From Neoechinorhynchus agilis (Eukaryota > Animalia > Acanthocephala), in the NCBI GenBank assembly GCA_051530055.1, contig CM121342.1, positions 4,215,489 to 4,279,488 of the forward strand: 64,000 bases of DNA, given 5' to 3'. How positions within the stretch are numbered: the stretch's first letter is position 1; each line of letters begins with the position of its first letter. The notes under the pieces were generated by a model that saw nothing but the letters and a program-made list of their open reading frames with translations, was not told where the DNA came from and ran no database searches. The translations under genes and the position numbers were made by a program. This document shows, in pieces, positions 36,901-49,020 of this stretch.

Positions 36901-38982
36901 CTTGGCACGAGTGATGAAATCTTATTCGTTTATATTCGAGAAAGTACTGCGAGGTTTGTTTTGAAGTATTTTGAGAGATGAGATTATTTGCTTTAAAAAG
37001 GTGTTACGTTCAATCGATTGTCGTTCGATATCGGCGTTATGCAGAATTTTGTACCACTTTCAACTTATGCGATGGGACAGGTAAGGTCCAAATTTGATTA
37101 AACAAAATTGCCATCGAGATGTTCTTTAAGTATAATAATTTTAGAGAATACAGTAGGCAAATTTTTATTCTTCCTTTAGAGATAAGATCGAAAACGAGTC
37201 TTTAAAAAAAATTACTTTACCTTCAGAAGATTTTCGTTGTTAAATAGAAACGTTTCTTTTTAGAATGGAGCATTGGTCTTGTCACTTATGATCTACATTT
37301 GCTGCATCTGTCCGATAGCGATCGTTTTCGTACTACCGGCAATTTTTGCTTTATTTTTCGTGGTATACCACCAAGTAAATCTAGTCGCCGCAGGATATCA
37401 AATGGAGTCTGACAGTAAGAATTTCCTTTTTAAAAATACAAAACTCATTATCGGAACGTTCATATTGTAGCTCGAACAAATATGCTAACCCACTTGGTAG
37501 CAACTCACCAAGGTCTCGTATCCGTCCGAGCATCTAAAGCTGAAAATCAAATTATATCGGAGTTCGAGCACACAATTGGTTTGAAATTGCTTCGATAAAT
37601 GAGAATACTTTTGATTTAGTTGTTTTAGATACCAACAATCAACTGCGATACACTCTAATTTTACTCGATCGAATGGCTCAACTCACTGTTGATTTCGTTA
37701 TTCTCTTAGTCATTCTGGTGACTACGAGTGTTTTCTTGTTCTTCTACAACGGTTAGTTAATTTCAAGCAATTAAATAATTCGAGTACTGAAAAATCATAA
37801 AAGGAACATCTGAAGTCGGACAATTGGCAGTGACATATACAGTAGTAGTAGCTGAAATAGCCCGACTTTTTATTCAAACTGCCCAACTAAATATGAATCA
37901 CGTTCGTAAAAGCAGTGCTTTTCGAAGAAATAATGATCTCAATGATTAATAGTTGCTGTCAGCAGCTAGAGTTTTCGATCTTAATGATACTATTCAAGAA
38001 CCGAATCCCGGATCAGAGGATGAAAGCGAAATACCTCCCTATGTTGATAGCTCAATAGAATTCGTCAACGTCCGTTTCAAGTATTTTACAGATCTTCCCG
38101 TTGTTTTAAATATCCAAGATCTTAGGATTAAGCCTAGATCCAAGGTTATTATGCCAATAGTGCTTTGATGATATATTTTTAACACCTCAAACAAATAGGT
38201 TGCTATTGTTGGACCAACTGGAGCAGGAAAGAGTACCATATTTGGTGCTATATTTAGATTGGGAATTGTAGAAGGAAAGATTATTATTGGCGGTATTGAT
38301 ACGGAGTCAATGAATCTCAATCAATTAAGACGCAGTATTTCACTCCTTCCACAAGTATGATCGATTTTTCACCACAAAAAACAAATTGATCTATATTTTT
38401 TTAGGAAACGGTATTAATGAAGACTAGTATTCGGCTTAACGTGGACCCCTTCCAAGAAAAGACGGACACTGAGATTTGGGATGCCCTTCAGAAAGTACGT
38501 GTGATGGGTTTTTTAGTCTAAATCAAAGTGTAAAGTTATAGGTGGGACTCGATGGTAGAATTCGGCAATTGAGCGTTCCCGATTCAACTAAAAAACTCGA
38601 TTATGTATGCGAAAACGAGTCGGAATTCGGAATAAGTGAGCGGCAGTTATTGTGGTTGGCAAAAATACTGTTAGAAAGGAAATTAATTGTTCTCATTGAC
38701 GAGGCCAGTTCCAAAGTCGATCAGCAAACGCAGATCCAAATGCAAGAGATTATAAATAGGGAGCTAAAGGATAGTACTGTTGTCAGTATAATGCACAAGC
38801 TCGAAGATGCAATCTACAGCGATGTAGTTTTGCTTGTGAAAGACGGGGAAGTGATCGAGAGTGGAAAGCCATCAGAATTGTTAGCAAACAGAAACTCGAA
38901 ATTTTATCAGATGACGAATAACGGAAGCAATAATTATGTTGAAGCTTCAGAGATGGATAATGTCGAATATATCGAGTTTTAG
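33903..38982 (+). CDS. ABCC (MRP4-like) ABC transporter, multi-exon
   Basis: NBD1: GPSKSGKTS, TPWLFSGTIRQNI, LSGGQKARVSLARA, YLLDD. NBD2: GPTGAGKST, RQLLWLAK, IDEAS. TM-rich exons lie between. The start is inferred from splice phase (MISFKVQD..SKLYF-AYIAP). Confidence 0.88.
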
Positions 38983-39044
38983 AAACGTGGAGAAGGTTAA
39001 ACAAATTCAGCGCGGCACTTAGTTTCTTTAAAAGACCGAATGTA

Positions 39045-39131
39045 ACTAAATTTAGAAAAGAGCGATAACCTTGAAAAGGTTCTTCATTTTTTGCCTTTTT
39101 AGACTGTGTACTAAAATTATGAAATTCATTT
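39045..39131. repeat. Inverted copy of 25006-25087, just downstream of the ABCC stop
   Basis: Reverse-complement match. Confidence 0.9.
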
Positions 39132-40255
39132 GTGTTCTAATTTTTCAGTAAAATGCGAGCGATACCACTTTGATGGTTTGAAATGGAAACTTTTGCTATA
39201 GAACAACGACGACGCAATTTTCTCACCATTACATAGGCAAAATCGATGGACTAATTGTGGATTTTAAGCTGTCATAACTAACAAGGAATACTTTTTATGG
39301 TTGTTATTAAACGTATTTACTTTAGACACCGCCTCATTCGACCTTACCTGCCATTCTGATTTGACTTTTTTCTATTATAAATTATTTTATCACTTTCGGC
39401 GGAAAATTCGACCGCCCAAAGTGCTAAAATAATTCGTAATAAAAAGAAATATATACTTGCGGTCGAGAAAATAAGCTGCCAATCCAACAAATGATTCTGA
39501 TTTGACATGAAAGGGGCATTTCCTCGTGAATAAAAGAAGGTGCCATAAGTAAAGATGCTTCCGTCCGCGAAACAATTTAACCAATCCTGGGAAAACCATG
39601 GGAGATTCTAAGATCAAATGCCGAATCGAGTGGCGTTTCAGGTCTGAATCGTAAGGGCGTACTTTTAAAGGTTGACCAAGAAACTTACAGGCTGCCTTAA
39701 AAATATTCAACCAATAAAACGTTTCGTTGCTAAAACGCACATTTTCTTGTTTGAAATACGAAATCATTCAGCCGTTGATTGTTACATTGAAATCGCTAAA
39801 ATTCATAGAATACTGAACGGGTGATCATAGTTAAAAAAAATTAGCAATTGTTGTAATTATAGAGTCCTTAGTTTATTGAACACGCAGCTTTTGGTACTGT
39901 CAGATAAAATTCACTTTTGTGATGATTATGTCTTTTTTTTCTAAGATGCTAAATTCAAACTTGTAATCGTGGGATGGGTGTCGTTCGTACCACAACGATA
40001 GAGCCCCAAAGTACGAACTCGAATGTACAGGGTTCGATGCTGTTGGCGGCAATCACAGTGATGACTAACCAAACCTTCGTCCGAAAACGATGAGGAAATC
40101 CCTTGGCTGTCTGAGTGAGAGACGAGTTCGCTGATATTTCAAACAACGCCAATTAAGTTAGTCACATGCCCTTAGCATGCAAAAGACAATAGGCATTGGC
40201 AATAATATCCCAACGGATTTTCTCCACTTGAGCTCGTCATGAAGCCCACACTAAA

Positions 40256-41199
40256 GTCCGCGGACAAGATTTTTAGTCGTGTTCTCGAATCTTGAGTTTG
40301 TGACCGAGATATTCACATTCTTGTTTTGTTTGAGACAAACAAAGAATATACAAGTTTTTTATTTCCCGATGCGTTTCCTTCAAAATCCAGTTGTCACTTT
40401 CGTTTGAATTTTTGTCCGCGGACAAGATTTTAGTCGTGTTCTCGAATCTTGAGTTTGTGACCGAGATATTCACATTCTCGTTTTGTTTGAGACAAACAAA
40501 GAATATACAAGTTTTTTATTTCCCGATGCGTTTCCTTCAAAATCCAGTTGTCACTTTCGTTTGAATTTTTGTCCGCGGACAAGATTTTTAGTCGTGTTCT
40601 CGAATCTTGAGTTTGTGACCGAGATATTCACATTCTCGTTTTGTTTGAGACAAACAAAGAATATACAAGTTTTTTATTTCCCGATGCGTTTCCTTCAAAA
40701 TCCAGTTGTCACTTTGGTTTGAATTTTTGTCCGCGGACAAGATTTTTAGTCGTGTTCTCGAATCTTGAGTTTGTGACCGAGATATTCACATTCTCGTTTT
40801 GTTTGAGACAAACAAAGAATATACAAGTTTTTTATTTCCCGATGCGTTTCCTTCAAAATCCAGTTGTCACTTTCGTTTGAATTTTTGTCCGCGGACAAGA
40901 TTTTTAGTCGTGTTCTCGAATCTTGAGTTTGTGACCGAGATATTCACATTCTCGTTTTGTTTGAGACAAACAAAGAATATACAAGTTTTTTATTTCCCGA
41001 TGCGTTTCCTTCAAAATCCAGTTGTCACTTTCGTTTGAATTTTTGTCCGCGGACAAGATTTTTAGTCGTGTTCTCGAATCTTGAGTTTGTGACCGAGATA
41101 TTCACATTCTCGTTTTGTTTGAGACAAACAAAGAATATACAAGTTTTTTATTTCCCGATGCGTTTCCTTCAAAATCCAGTTGTCACTTTCGTTTGAATT
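40256..41199. repeat. Tandem array A7: 158-bp unit x6
   Basis: gtccgcggacaagatttttagtcgtgttctcg repeats with a 158-bp period; units are nearly identical. Confidence 0.98.
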
Positions 41200-41632
41200 A
41201 ATCTTGAGTTTATCTTGAATTGGTTAGTAAGCAATATTTAAAGATCTGTTAATTTTTTACTTTCTAGATTTTTTTAGTTTAAATTATTCCTTTTTTTAAT
41301 TAATAACTAATTTTTAGCACAAAACGTGCAATCACCATCGTCCGCAAAATTGGAGCTTGATGAGCAAATCATAGGAAAATAGGGAAGATTCCTTATTTTT
41401 TACGCTTTTTTTCTTAAACTTGAAACGGCGACTTTCGTTTGAATTTTGAGTCGTGTTCGAATCTTAAATTTATCTTGACTTGGTTAGCAAGCAATAGTTT
41501 AAAACTATTAATTTGTTCACTTTTTAAATTAGATGAGAAAAACATAAGAAAATTTCAAAGCTTACATTTGCCCCGTTCCCTCTAAGCGAAACGTACGAAT
41601 TCGGAATTTATTTTTCCGCTGCCTTATTGCAT

Positions 41633-42103
41633 TTAAGCAATTTTGGCAATATGAACGACTTTCGCGAATTCACGAAAATCGATATGACCGCTCTTGTCGG
41701 TGTCAATAATCCCGAAGAAGTGTTCGAATTTGTCATCAGGGATCTTCACACCCATTTTCTCGAGACCGGATTTGACCTCATGTTTATCCAGTTTCTTGCT
41801 TTTATCAGTATCGAGCTGTTCAAAAAGATTCTTGATAGCATCGTGTTCAATGTGTTCAATCTCGCATTTCGCAATGCAAGCAACCTTCTTGAATTCGTCA
41901 AAGTCCAAGGTTCCATCATGATTCTTGTCAATGCAATCGAACATTTGTCCAATGTCCTTTTCGTCCATTTCAAATCCAAGAGACTTTATCCCAGCTCCTA
42001 ATTCAGGCTTCTCAATGCGTCCACTGCCATCCTTATCGAGCTGCTTGAACACAACGAGAAGTTTGTCTTCGAAGTCTTTTGCGCAGCTTCCTCGGCAAGC
42101 CAT
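41633..42103 (-). CDS. Calmodulin-like protein with four EF-hands (156 aa), intronless
   Basis: ATG at 42103. Loops: DKDGSGRIEKPE, DKNHDGTLDFDE, DTDKSKKLDKHE, DTDKSGHIDFRE. Confidence 0.9.
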   Translation of the reverse strand: MACRGSCAKDFEDKLLVVFKQLDKDGSGRIEKPELGAGIKSLGFEMDEKDIGQMFDCIDKNHDGTLDFDEFKKVACIAKCEIEHIEHDAIKNLFEQLDTDKSKKLDKHEVKSGLEKMGVKIPDDKFEHFFGIIDTDKSGHIDFREFAKVVHIAKIA

Positions 42104-42770
42104 TTTGAGTTTTAGAGATGTCGAAAGCACGGGCTTTTATAGTCACGAAACTGTTTTGTTGAAAACATCTTAAGTTTTGTCGAAAACAAGTCTAAGTACC
42201 TACAGGTATGGTTGAGAAAACTACTATTGTTTTGGGAGCAGACTTTGGTTGAATTTACATATCTTCGTTTGTCTACCCGTCATCCTCCAGGATTTCATAT
42301 ACACAAAACAGAATCCATGAATGTAACCATTCCCATTTGTATTCTAAATCGCCTAGAGAATCATTGTTCCAGCCGAAAAATAGAGATAGATACTAAATTA
42401 CCAGCATGAACGTTTATAAGTGAAAAGTTTCAGCTTAGAACAAAATAAACGTAGCAGATTAAAGAATCATTGCCTAAATAATGAAGATAGTTCGCTAATC
42501 GGCCATAAGATGACAAAATAGACATTTTCTTAGTTTCCAACATAAAATCCAGTTAAAATTAATGGGCGTTTTTCCAATTAAATCAATGTTGCATTGGTCT
42601 TAGACACACTCCGAAGTAGACCATAAAATCAACTTACAGGTTACGAGAAGTTATATTTCAAAACGGCTTTCCACAAAGCCAAGAACATCCAAAATAGACA
42701 CGAGAATGACAAACCCAAATCGAACCCAAGGCGGGATTTGCGTTGAAGGCATTTCCTCGACTTTATCAAA

Positions 42771-44919
42771 TCATTCGGTGATTTTGATGGCTTGAATGTG
42801 TGTGATTAGCGTACAGCCATATTTACGAAATGGTTTTATAATGAAAGCCATCGAAATAGGCTGCTCAGTCCAATCGATGGAATATAATATAGCCAGTTTG
42901 AAATTGCTATTGAAAAGGTAGTCGAACCTTTGCTGCGAGGGTTCTAGTGGGCAATTAGTCCAGGAACAGGGATTTTGCGAACATGGCGCCCGATAATATC
43001 TAGTCCACAGAAAAATGCTATAATGTTTGTTTTTTAAATGGCAAACCTCGGGGGAAATGCTGGAATTATCCGAAAGGTGAAATATCGGGGAAATAAACCA
43101 AATAATTTAAATCCGAGCGATGGTATAACTACCAAAAAGTCTGTTTTCTCCGGGTAAAATAAGCCTGTCTAATTCTACACTCCTTATATTTAATTGAAAA
43201 ATTTAGAGGAACTATCAAGAGAAATTCCTTCGAGATGATAGGGTTGAAGATTTGGAAATCATAATTCTTCGGATACTCGATGATTTTATTTTAAAAGGTT
43301 AACTTTAAGGCTAATGACCGGCGTCTGGTTTAAAAATCAAAGAGAAACACCAATAATCGATTGACCAGTTTAACATTTTGCCTTTTTTCTATATGGAAAT
43401 ATTATATTAAATCGCCACCATGAATTTCGTTTTAAGATATTTCAGAGATAGATTTGGAAATCATAATTCCTCGGATACTCGATGATTTTATTTTAAAATG
43501 TTAACTTCAAGGCTAATGACCGGCGTCGTGTTAAAAATCAAAGAAAAACGCCAATAATCGATTGACCAGTTTAACATTTTGCCTTTTTTCAATATGGAAA
43601 TTTTATATTAAATCGCCACCACGAATTTCGTTTTAAGATATTTCAGAGATGGAGTTGGAAATCATAATTCTTCGGATACTCGATGATTTTATTTTAAAAT
43701 GTTAACTTTAAGGCTAATGACCGGCGTCTGGTTTAAAAATCAAAGAAAAACGCCAATAATCGATTGACCAGTTTAACATTTTGCCTTTTTTCAATATGGA
43801 AATTTTATATTAAATCGCCACCATGAATTTCGTTTTAAGATATTTCAGAGATAGATTTGGAAATCATAATTCTTCGGATACTCGATGATTTTATTTTAAA
43901 AATGTTAACTTTAAGGCTACTGACCGGCGTCTGGTTTAAAAATCAAAGAAAAACGCCAATAATCGATTGACCAGTTTAACATTTTGCCTTTTTTCTATAT
44001 GGAAATTTTATATTAAATCGCCACCATGAATTTCGTTTTAAGATATTTCAGAAATAGATTTGGAAATCATAATTCTTCGGATACTCGATGATTTTATTTT
44101 AAAATGTTAACTTTAAGGCTACTGACCGGCGTCTGTTAAAAATAAAAGAAAAACGCCAATAATCGATTGACCAGTTTAACATTTTGCCTTTTTTCTATAT
44201 GGAAATTTTATATTACATCGCCACCACGAATTTCGTTTTAAGATATTTCAGAGATAGATTTGGAAATCATAATTCTTCGGATACTCGATGATTTTATTTT
44301 AAAATGTTAACTTTAAGGCTAATGACCGGCGTCTGGTTTAAAAATCAAAGAGAAACGCCAATAATCGATTGACCAGTTTAACATTTTGCCTTTTTTCTAT
44401 ATGGAAATTTTACATTACATCGCCACCACGAATTTCGTTTTAAGATATTTCAGAGATAGATTTGGAAATCATAATTCTTCGGATACTCGATGATTTTATT
44501 TTAAAAAGGTTAACTTTAAGGCTAATGACCGGCGTCTGGTTTAAAAATCAAAGAAAAACGCCATACGAGCGGACCTCTTGAACAAAAACATTTTAGATTA
44601 CTGGCGAGGCGTGGTTTCCTCTTTGGAAATATCTTAATCAAATATCTTTTATCCGGGAGATTATGATGACCACAACTCCATTTAGAGGAACATTCATTTA
44701 AAATCAGAAAACAGTTCCTTGGTCGTTCAACTATCGGGAGTGTTAAGCTTCCTAAAGAACAAATTCGTTTTCACCAACGTCCAGTCAACAGAGGGATTAG
44801 CGAGTTTGTCAGTCTTTTTTCTTCATAAGCATAACGAATAATTCACTTTTATAGAAATTTTGATTATTTATTGATCTAAGAAGCCGAAGATATACTTCAA
44901 AAAGACTGAGATACACCAT
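42771..44919 (-). CDS. Hypothetical spliced gene (~202 aa; exons 44919-44847, 44751-44567, 43168-43047, 42999-42771), no family recognised
   Basis: Four stop-free segments bounded by GT/AG with mutually consistent phases (1, 0, 2), including one 47-nt intron. The 3' end is uncertain. Confidence 0.5.
43249..44563. repeat. Tandem array A8: ~202-bp unit x~6.5, filling the predicted intron 44566-43169
   Basis: gatttggaaatcataattcttcggatactcg recurs at 43249, 43451, 43653, 43854, 44057, 44257 and 44459. Confidence 0.97.
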
Positions 44920-45449
44920 AATACAAGTTAAAATTGAACGAGCTGCTTGAATCAACAATTTAAACGAATTTAAATGAATGGCCACATTTTTTTCACAACA
45001 AGTCCTACACTTTTTTATTTACCTTTTGCTAGCGAATTATCAAATAATTGATTTATTTTTATTTGATAATTTTCGGCCCCAAAAAATAATTCAATTATTT
45101 GATAATTCGCAAGAAATTAAAAAAATTATGAATATTTTTAGAAAAACTTATATACGCCCACCACATCCATTTTTAACAATGCTTAAGAATTAGGCTGAAT
45201 CTTTGAAAATTCTCAATGAAAAGTTCAATAATAAAGCTCGGGTGTGTGTAACAATTCGCCTCAACTCGAAGGAACAACTTTATTTTTGAAAGATTCTAAA
45301 AAAAATCAGTACCGACTCAAAAACTTACTATGAGTCGGGCAATCACTTATGATCTCGCATTTCTATGAATTTGTATTCATGATAAAAACAAAAGGCATTA
45401 ATAAACTTTAGACTACACATCAAACGGAAATTCGTGGAGCTTTCAAACT

Positions 45450-45720
45450 GTAGAATGCGACTATCTCAGTAGATGATCGAGTGCACTCAGCTCTCTCCTT
45501 GTGAAGGCGAAACACATCATCAATCAACATCAGCAAGCAATGACTTTCATTAGAACCTCGGCGCCAATTTCCGAAGCTTCAACAGATGGATGAACTTTCC
45601 CTTTTGTCATTGCATAACTCTCTCCCTAAGAGCTAATCAAAACCAATAAGATTATGCTTGACGAAGGGTAAATGCAACGGGTCTCAGTCTCGATCCCTTT
45701 TCTCACAACCGGTAAACGGA
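45450..45720 (+). mobile_element. Highly decayed CRE endonuclease-like fragment
   Basis: GC-richer island with weak remnants resembling the AAE..K.K, (A)LET.A and DP..TG motifs. The match is marginal. Confidence 0.3.
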
Positions 45721-46039
45721 ATTCACTCTCTTTAATGGAATTTTTAAGTGTATTTTAAAGTCTACATTGAGGATCGAGATGCTAATGACGGTGCCGATAG
45801 TCAACACAATGCGATTACGGCTCATTAGTTCGTTTTTTTACAACCGAACGTCTCATTGATAAAAAAAACCACATTAAAATTGTCGATATGTGAAGAGGTA
45901 CCGCCGAGGAGGAGCTAATAAAATTAAACTTAGTTTTTACGATTGAATTATTCATGCTTTTTTGTTGTATGACGGAAATTTTGAAGTATTTGGTCTCGTG
46001 AGATTTTAGAGTGTTTTTAACCTTCTAAAAAAAGACACT

Positions 46040-49020
46040 CGATTTTGCCTTCAAAAAATATCGGATTAAATTTTCACACACACTTAAAAATAAAGCTTAT
46101 TTAAAAATTGAATTGTTCATTTGCTCCTTTTTTTATGTTGTGACGGTGAAAATTTGAAGAAATTTATTGCTTGTAACCTCGATAAAGGCACACGATTTTG
46201 CCTTCAAAAAATATCGGATTCAATAAATTACTTCGATTTTTAACCGTCATAGAAAATATGAAAATGAACGGATTTTCAAGAATGAATTGTTCATTTTTAT
46301 GTGACGGTGAAAATTTGAAGAAATTTATCCCTTGCGATGGAAGCACACGATTTTGCCTCCAAAAAATATCGGATTCAATAAATTACTTCGATTTTTAACC
46401 GTCATAGAAAATATGAAAATGAACGGATTTTCAAGAATGAATTGTTCATTTTTATGTGACGGTGAAAAATTGAAGAAATTTATCCCTTGCGATGGAAGCA
46501 CACGATTTTGCCTTCAAAAAATATCGGATTCAATAAATTACTTCGATTTTTAACCGTCATAGAAAATATGAAAATGAACGGATTTTCAAGAATGAATTGT
46601 TCATTTTTATGTGACGGTGAAAAATTGAAGAAATTTTCCTTGCGATGAAGCACACGATTTTGCCTTCAAAAAATATCGGATTCAATAAATTACTTCGATT
46701 TTTAACCGTCATAGAAAATATGAAAATGAACGGATTTTTAAGAATGAATTGTTCATTTTTATGTGACGGTGAAAAATTGAAGAAATTTATCCCTTGCGAT
46801 GGAAGCACACGATTTTGCCTCAAAAATATCGGATTCAATAAATTACTTCGATTTTTAACCGTCATAGAAAATATGAAAATGAACGGATTTTCAAGAATGA
46901 ATTGTTCATTTTTATGTGACGGTGAAAAATTGAAGAAATTTGTTCCTTGCGATAGAAGCACACGATTTTGCCTCCAAAAAATATCGGATTCAATAAATTA
47001 CTTCGATTTTTAACCGTCATAGAAAATATGAAAATGAACGGATTTTTAAGAATGAATTGTTCATTTTTATGTGACGGTGAAAAATTGAAGAAATTTATCC
47101 CTTGCGATGGAAGCACACGATTTTGCCTTCAAAAAATATCGGATTCAATAAATTACTTCGATTTTTAACCGTCATAGAAAATATGAAAATGAACGGATTT
47201 TCAAGAATGAATTGTTCATTTTTATGTGACGGTGAAAAATTGAAGAAATTTATCCCTTGCGATGGAAGCACACGATTTTGCCTTCAAAAAATATCGGATT
47301 CAATAAATTACTTCGATTTTTAACCGTCATAGAAAATATGAAAATGAACGGATTTTTAAGAATGAATTGTTCATTTTTATGTGACGGTGAAAAATTGAAG
47401 AAATTTATCCCTTGCGATGGAAGCACACGATTTTGCCTTCAAAAAATATCGGATTCAATAAATTACTTCGATTTTTAACCGTCATAGAAAATATGAAAAT
47501 GAACGGATTTTTAAGAATGAATTGTTCATTTTTATGTGACGGTGAAAAATTGAAGAAATTTATCCCTTGCGATGGAAGCACACGATTTTGCCTTCAAAAA
47601 ATATCGGATTCAATAAATTACTTCGATTTTTAACCGTCATAGAAAATATGAAAATGAACGGATTTTTAAGAATGAATTGTTCATTTTTATGTGACGGTGA
47701 AAAATTGAAGAAATTTGTTCCTTGCGATAGAAGCACACGATTTTGCCTCCAAAAAATATCGGATTCAATAAATTACTTCGATTTTTAACCGTCATAGAAA
47801 ATATGAAAATGAACGGATTTTTAAGAATGAATTGTTCATTTTTATGTGACGGTGAAAAATTGAAGAAATTTATCCCTTGCGATGGAAGCACACGATTTTG
47901 CCTCCAAAAAATATCGGATTCAATAAATTACTTCGATTTTTAACCGTCATAGAAAATATGAAAATGAACGGATTTTTAAGAATGAATTGTTCATTTTTAT
48001 GTGACGGTGAAAAATTGAAGAAATTTGTTCCTTGCGATAGAAGCACACGATTTTGCCTTCAAAAATATCGGATTCAATAAATTACTTCGATTTTTAACCG
48101 TCATAGAAAATATGAAAATGAACGGATTTTTAAGAATGAATTGTTCATTTTTATGTGACGGTGAAAAATTGAAGAAATTTATTCCTTGCGATAGAGCACA
48201 CGATTTTGCCTTCAAAAATATCGGATTCAATAAATTACTTCGATTTTTAACCGTCATAGAAAATATGAAAATGAACGGATTTTTAAGAATGAATTGTTCA
48301 TTTTTATGTGACGGTGAAAAATTGAAGAAATTTATCCCTTGCGATGGAAGCACACGATTTTGCCTTCAAAAAATATCGGATTCAATAAATTACTTCGATT
48401 TTTAACCGTCATAGAAAATATGAAAATGAACGGATTTTTAAGAATGAATTGTTCATTTTTATGTGACGGTGAAAAATTGAAGAAATTTATCCCTTGCGAT
48501 GGAAGCACACGATTTTGCCTTCAAAAAATATCGGATTCAATAATTACTTCGATTTTTAACCGTCATAGAAAATATGAAAATGAACGGATTTTCAAGAATG
48601 AATTGTTCATTTTTATGTGACGGTGAAAAATTGAAGAAATTTATCCCTTGCGATGGAAGCACACGATTTTGCCTAAAATATCGGATTCAATAAATTACTT
48701 CGATTTTTAACCGTCATAGAAAATATGAAAATGAACGGATTTTCAAGAATGAATTGTTCGTTTTTATGTGACGGTGAAAAATTGAAGAAATTTATCCCTT
48801 GCGATGGAAGCACACGATTTTGCCTCCAAAAAATATCGGATTCAATAAATTACTTCGATTTTTAACCGTCATAGAAAATATGAAAATGAACGGATTTTTA
48901 AGAATGAATTGTTCATTTTTATGTGACGGTGAAAAATTGAAGAAATTTATCCCTTGCGATGGAAGCACACGATTTTGCCTTCAAAAAATATCGGATTAAA
49001 ATTTCACACACACTTAAAAA
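46040..49020. repeat. Tandem array A9: 155-bp unit x~19, bracketed by a 51-bp direct repeat
   Basis: cacgattttgccttcaaaaaatatcggattcaat repeats with a 155-bp period. 46040-46090 matches 48970-49020 with one mismatch. Confidence 0.98.

Noticed and set aside
38620-38710. Non-canonical ABC signature in NBD2 (FGISERQ)
   Set aside because: A degenerate NBD2 signature paired with a degenerate NBD1 Walker B (YLLDD) is the normal asymmetric arrangement of ABCC transporters.
39390-40250. Minus-strand open frames (125 aa and ~60 aa) that may be exons of a gene
   Set aside because: No recognisable domain, and I could not build a phase-consistent model.
42651-42773. In-frame TGA in the orphan gene as a second selenocysteine codon
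   Set aside because: No SECIS-like AUGA-N11-12-AAR stem was found in the following ~250 nt, and a second frame is equally open, so alternative splicing or chance is as likely.
31287-48999. Many repeated 60-134 aa ORFs in arrays A5, A6, A7 and A9
   Set aside because: They simply track the repeat period, mostly start at TTG/GTG and are broken by unit indels. No evidence of coding.
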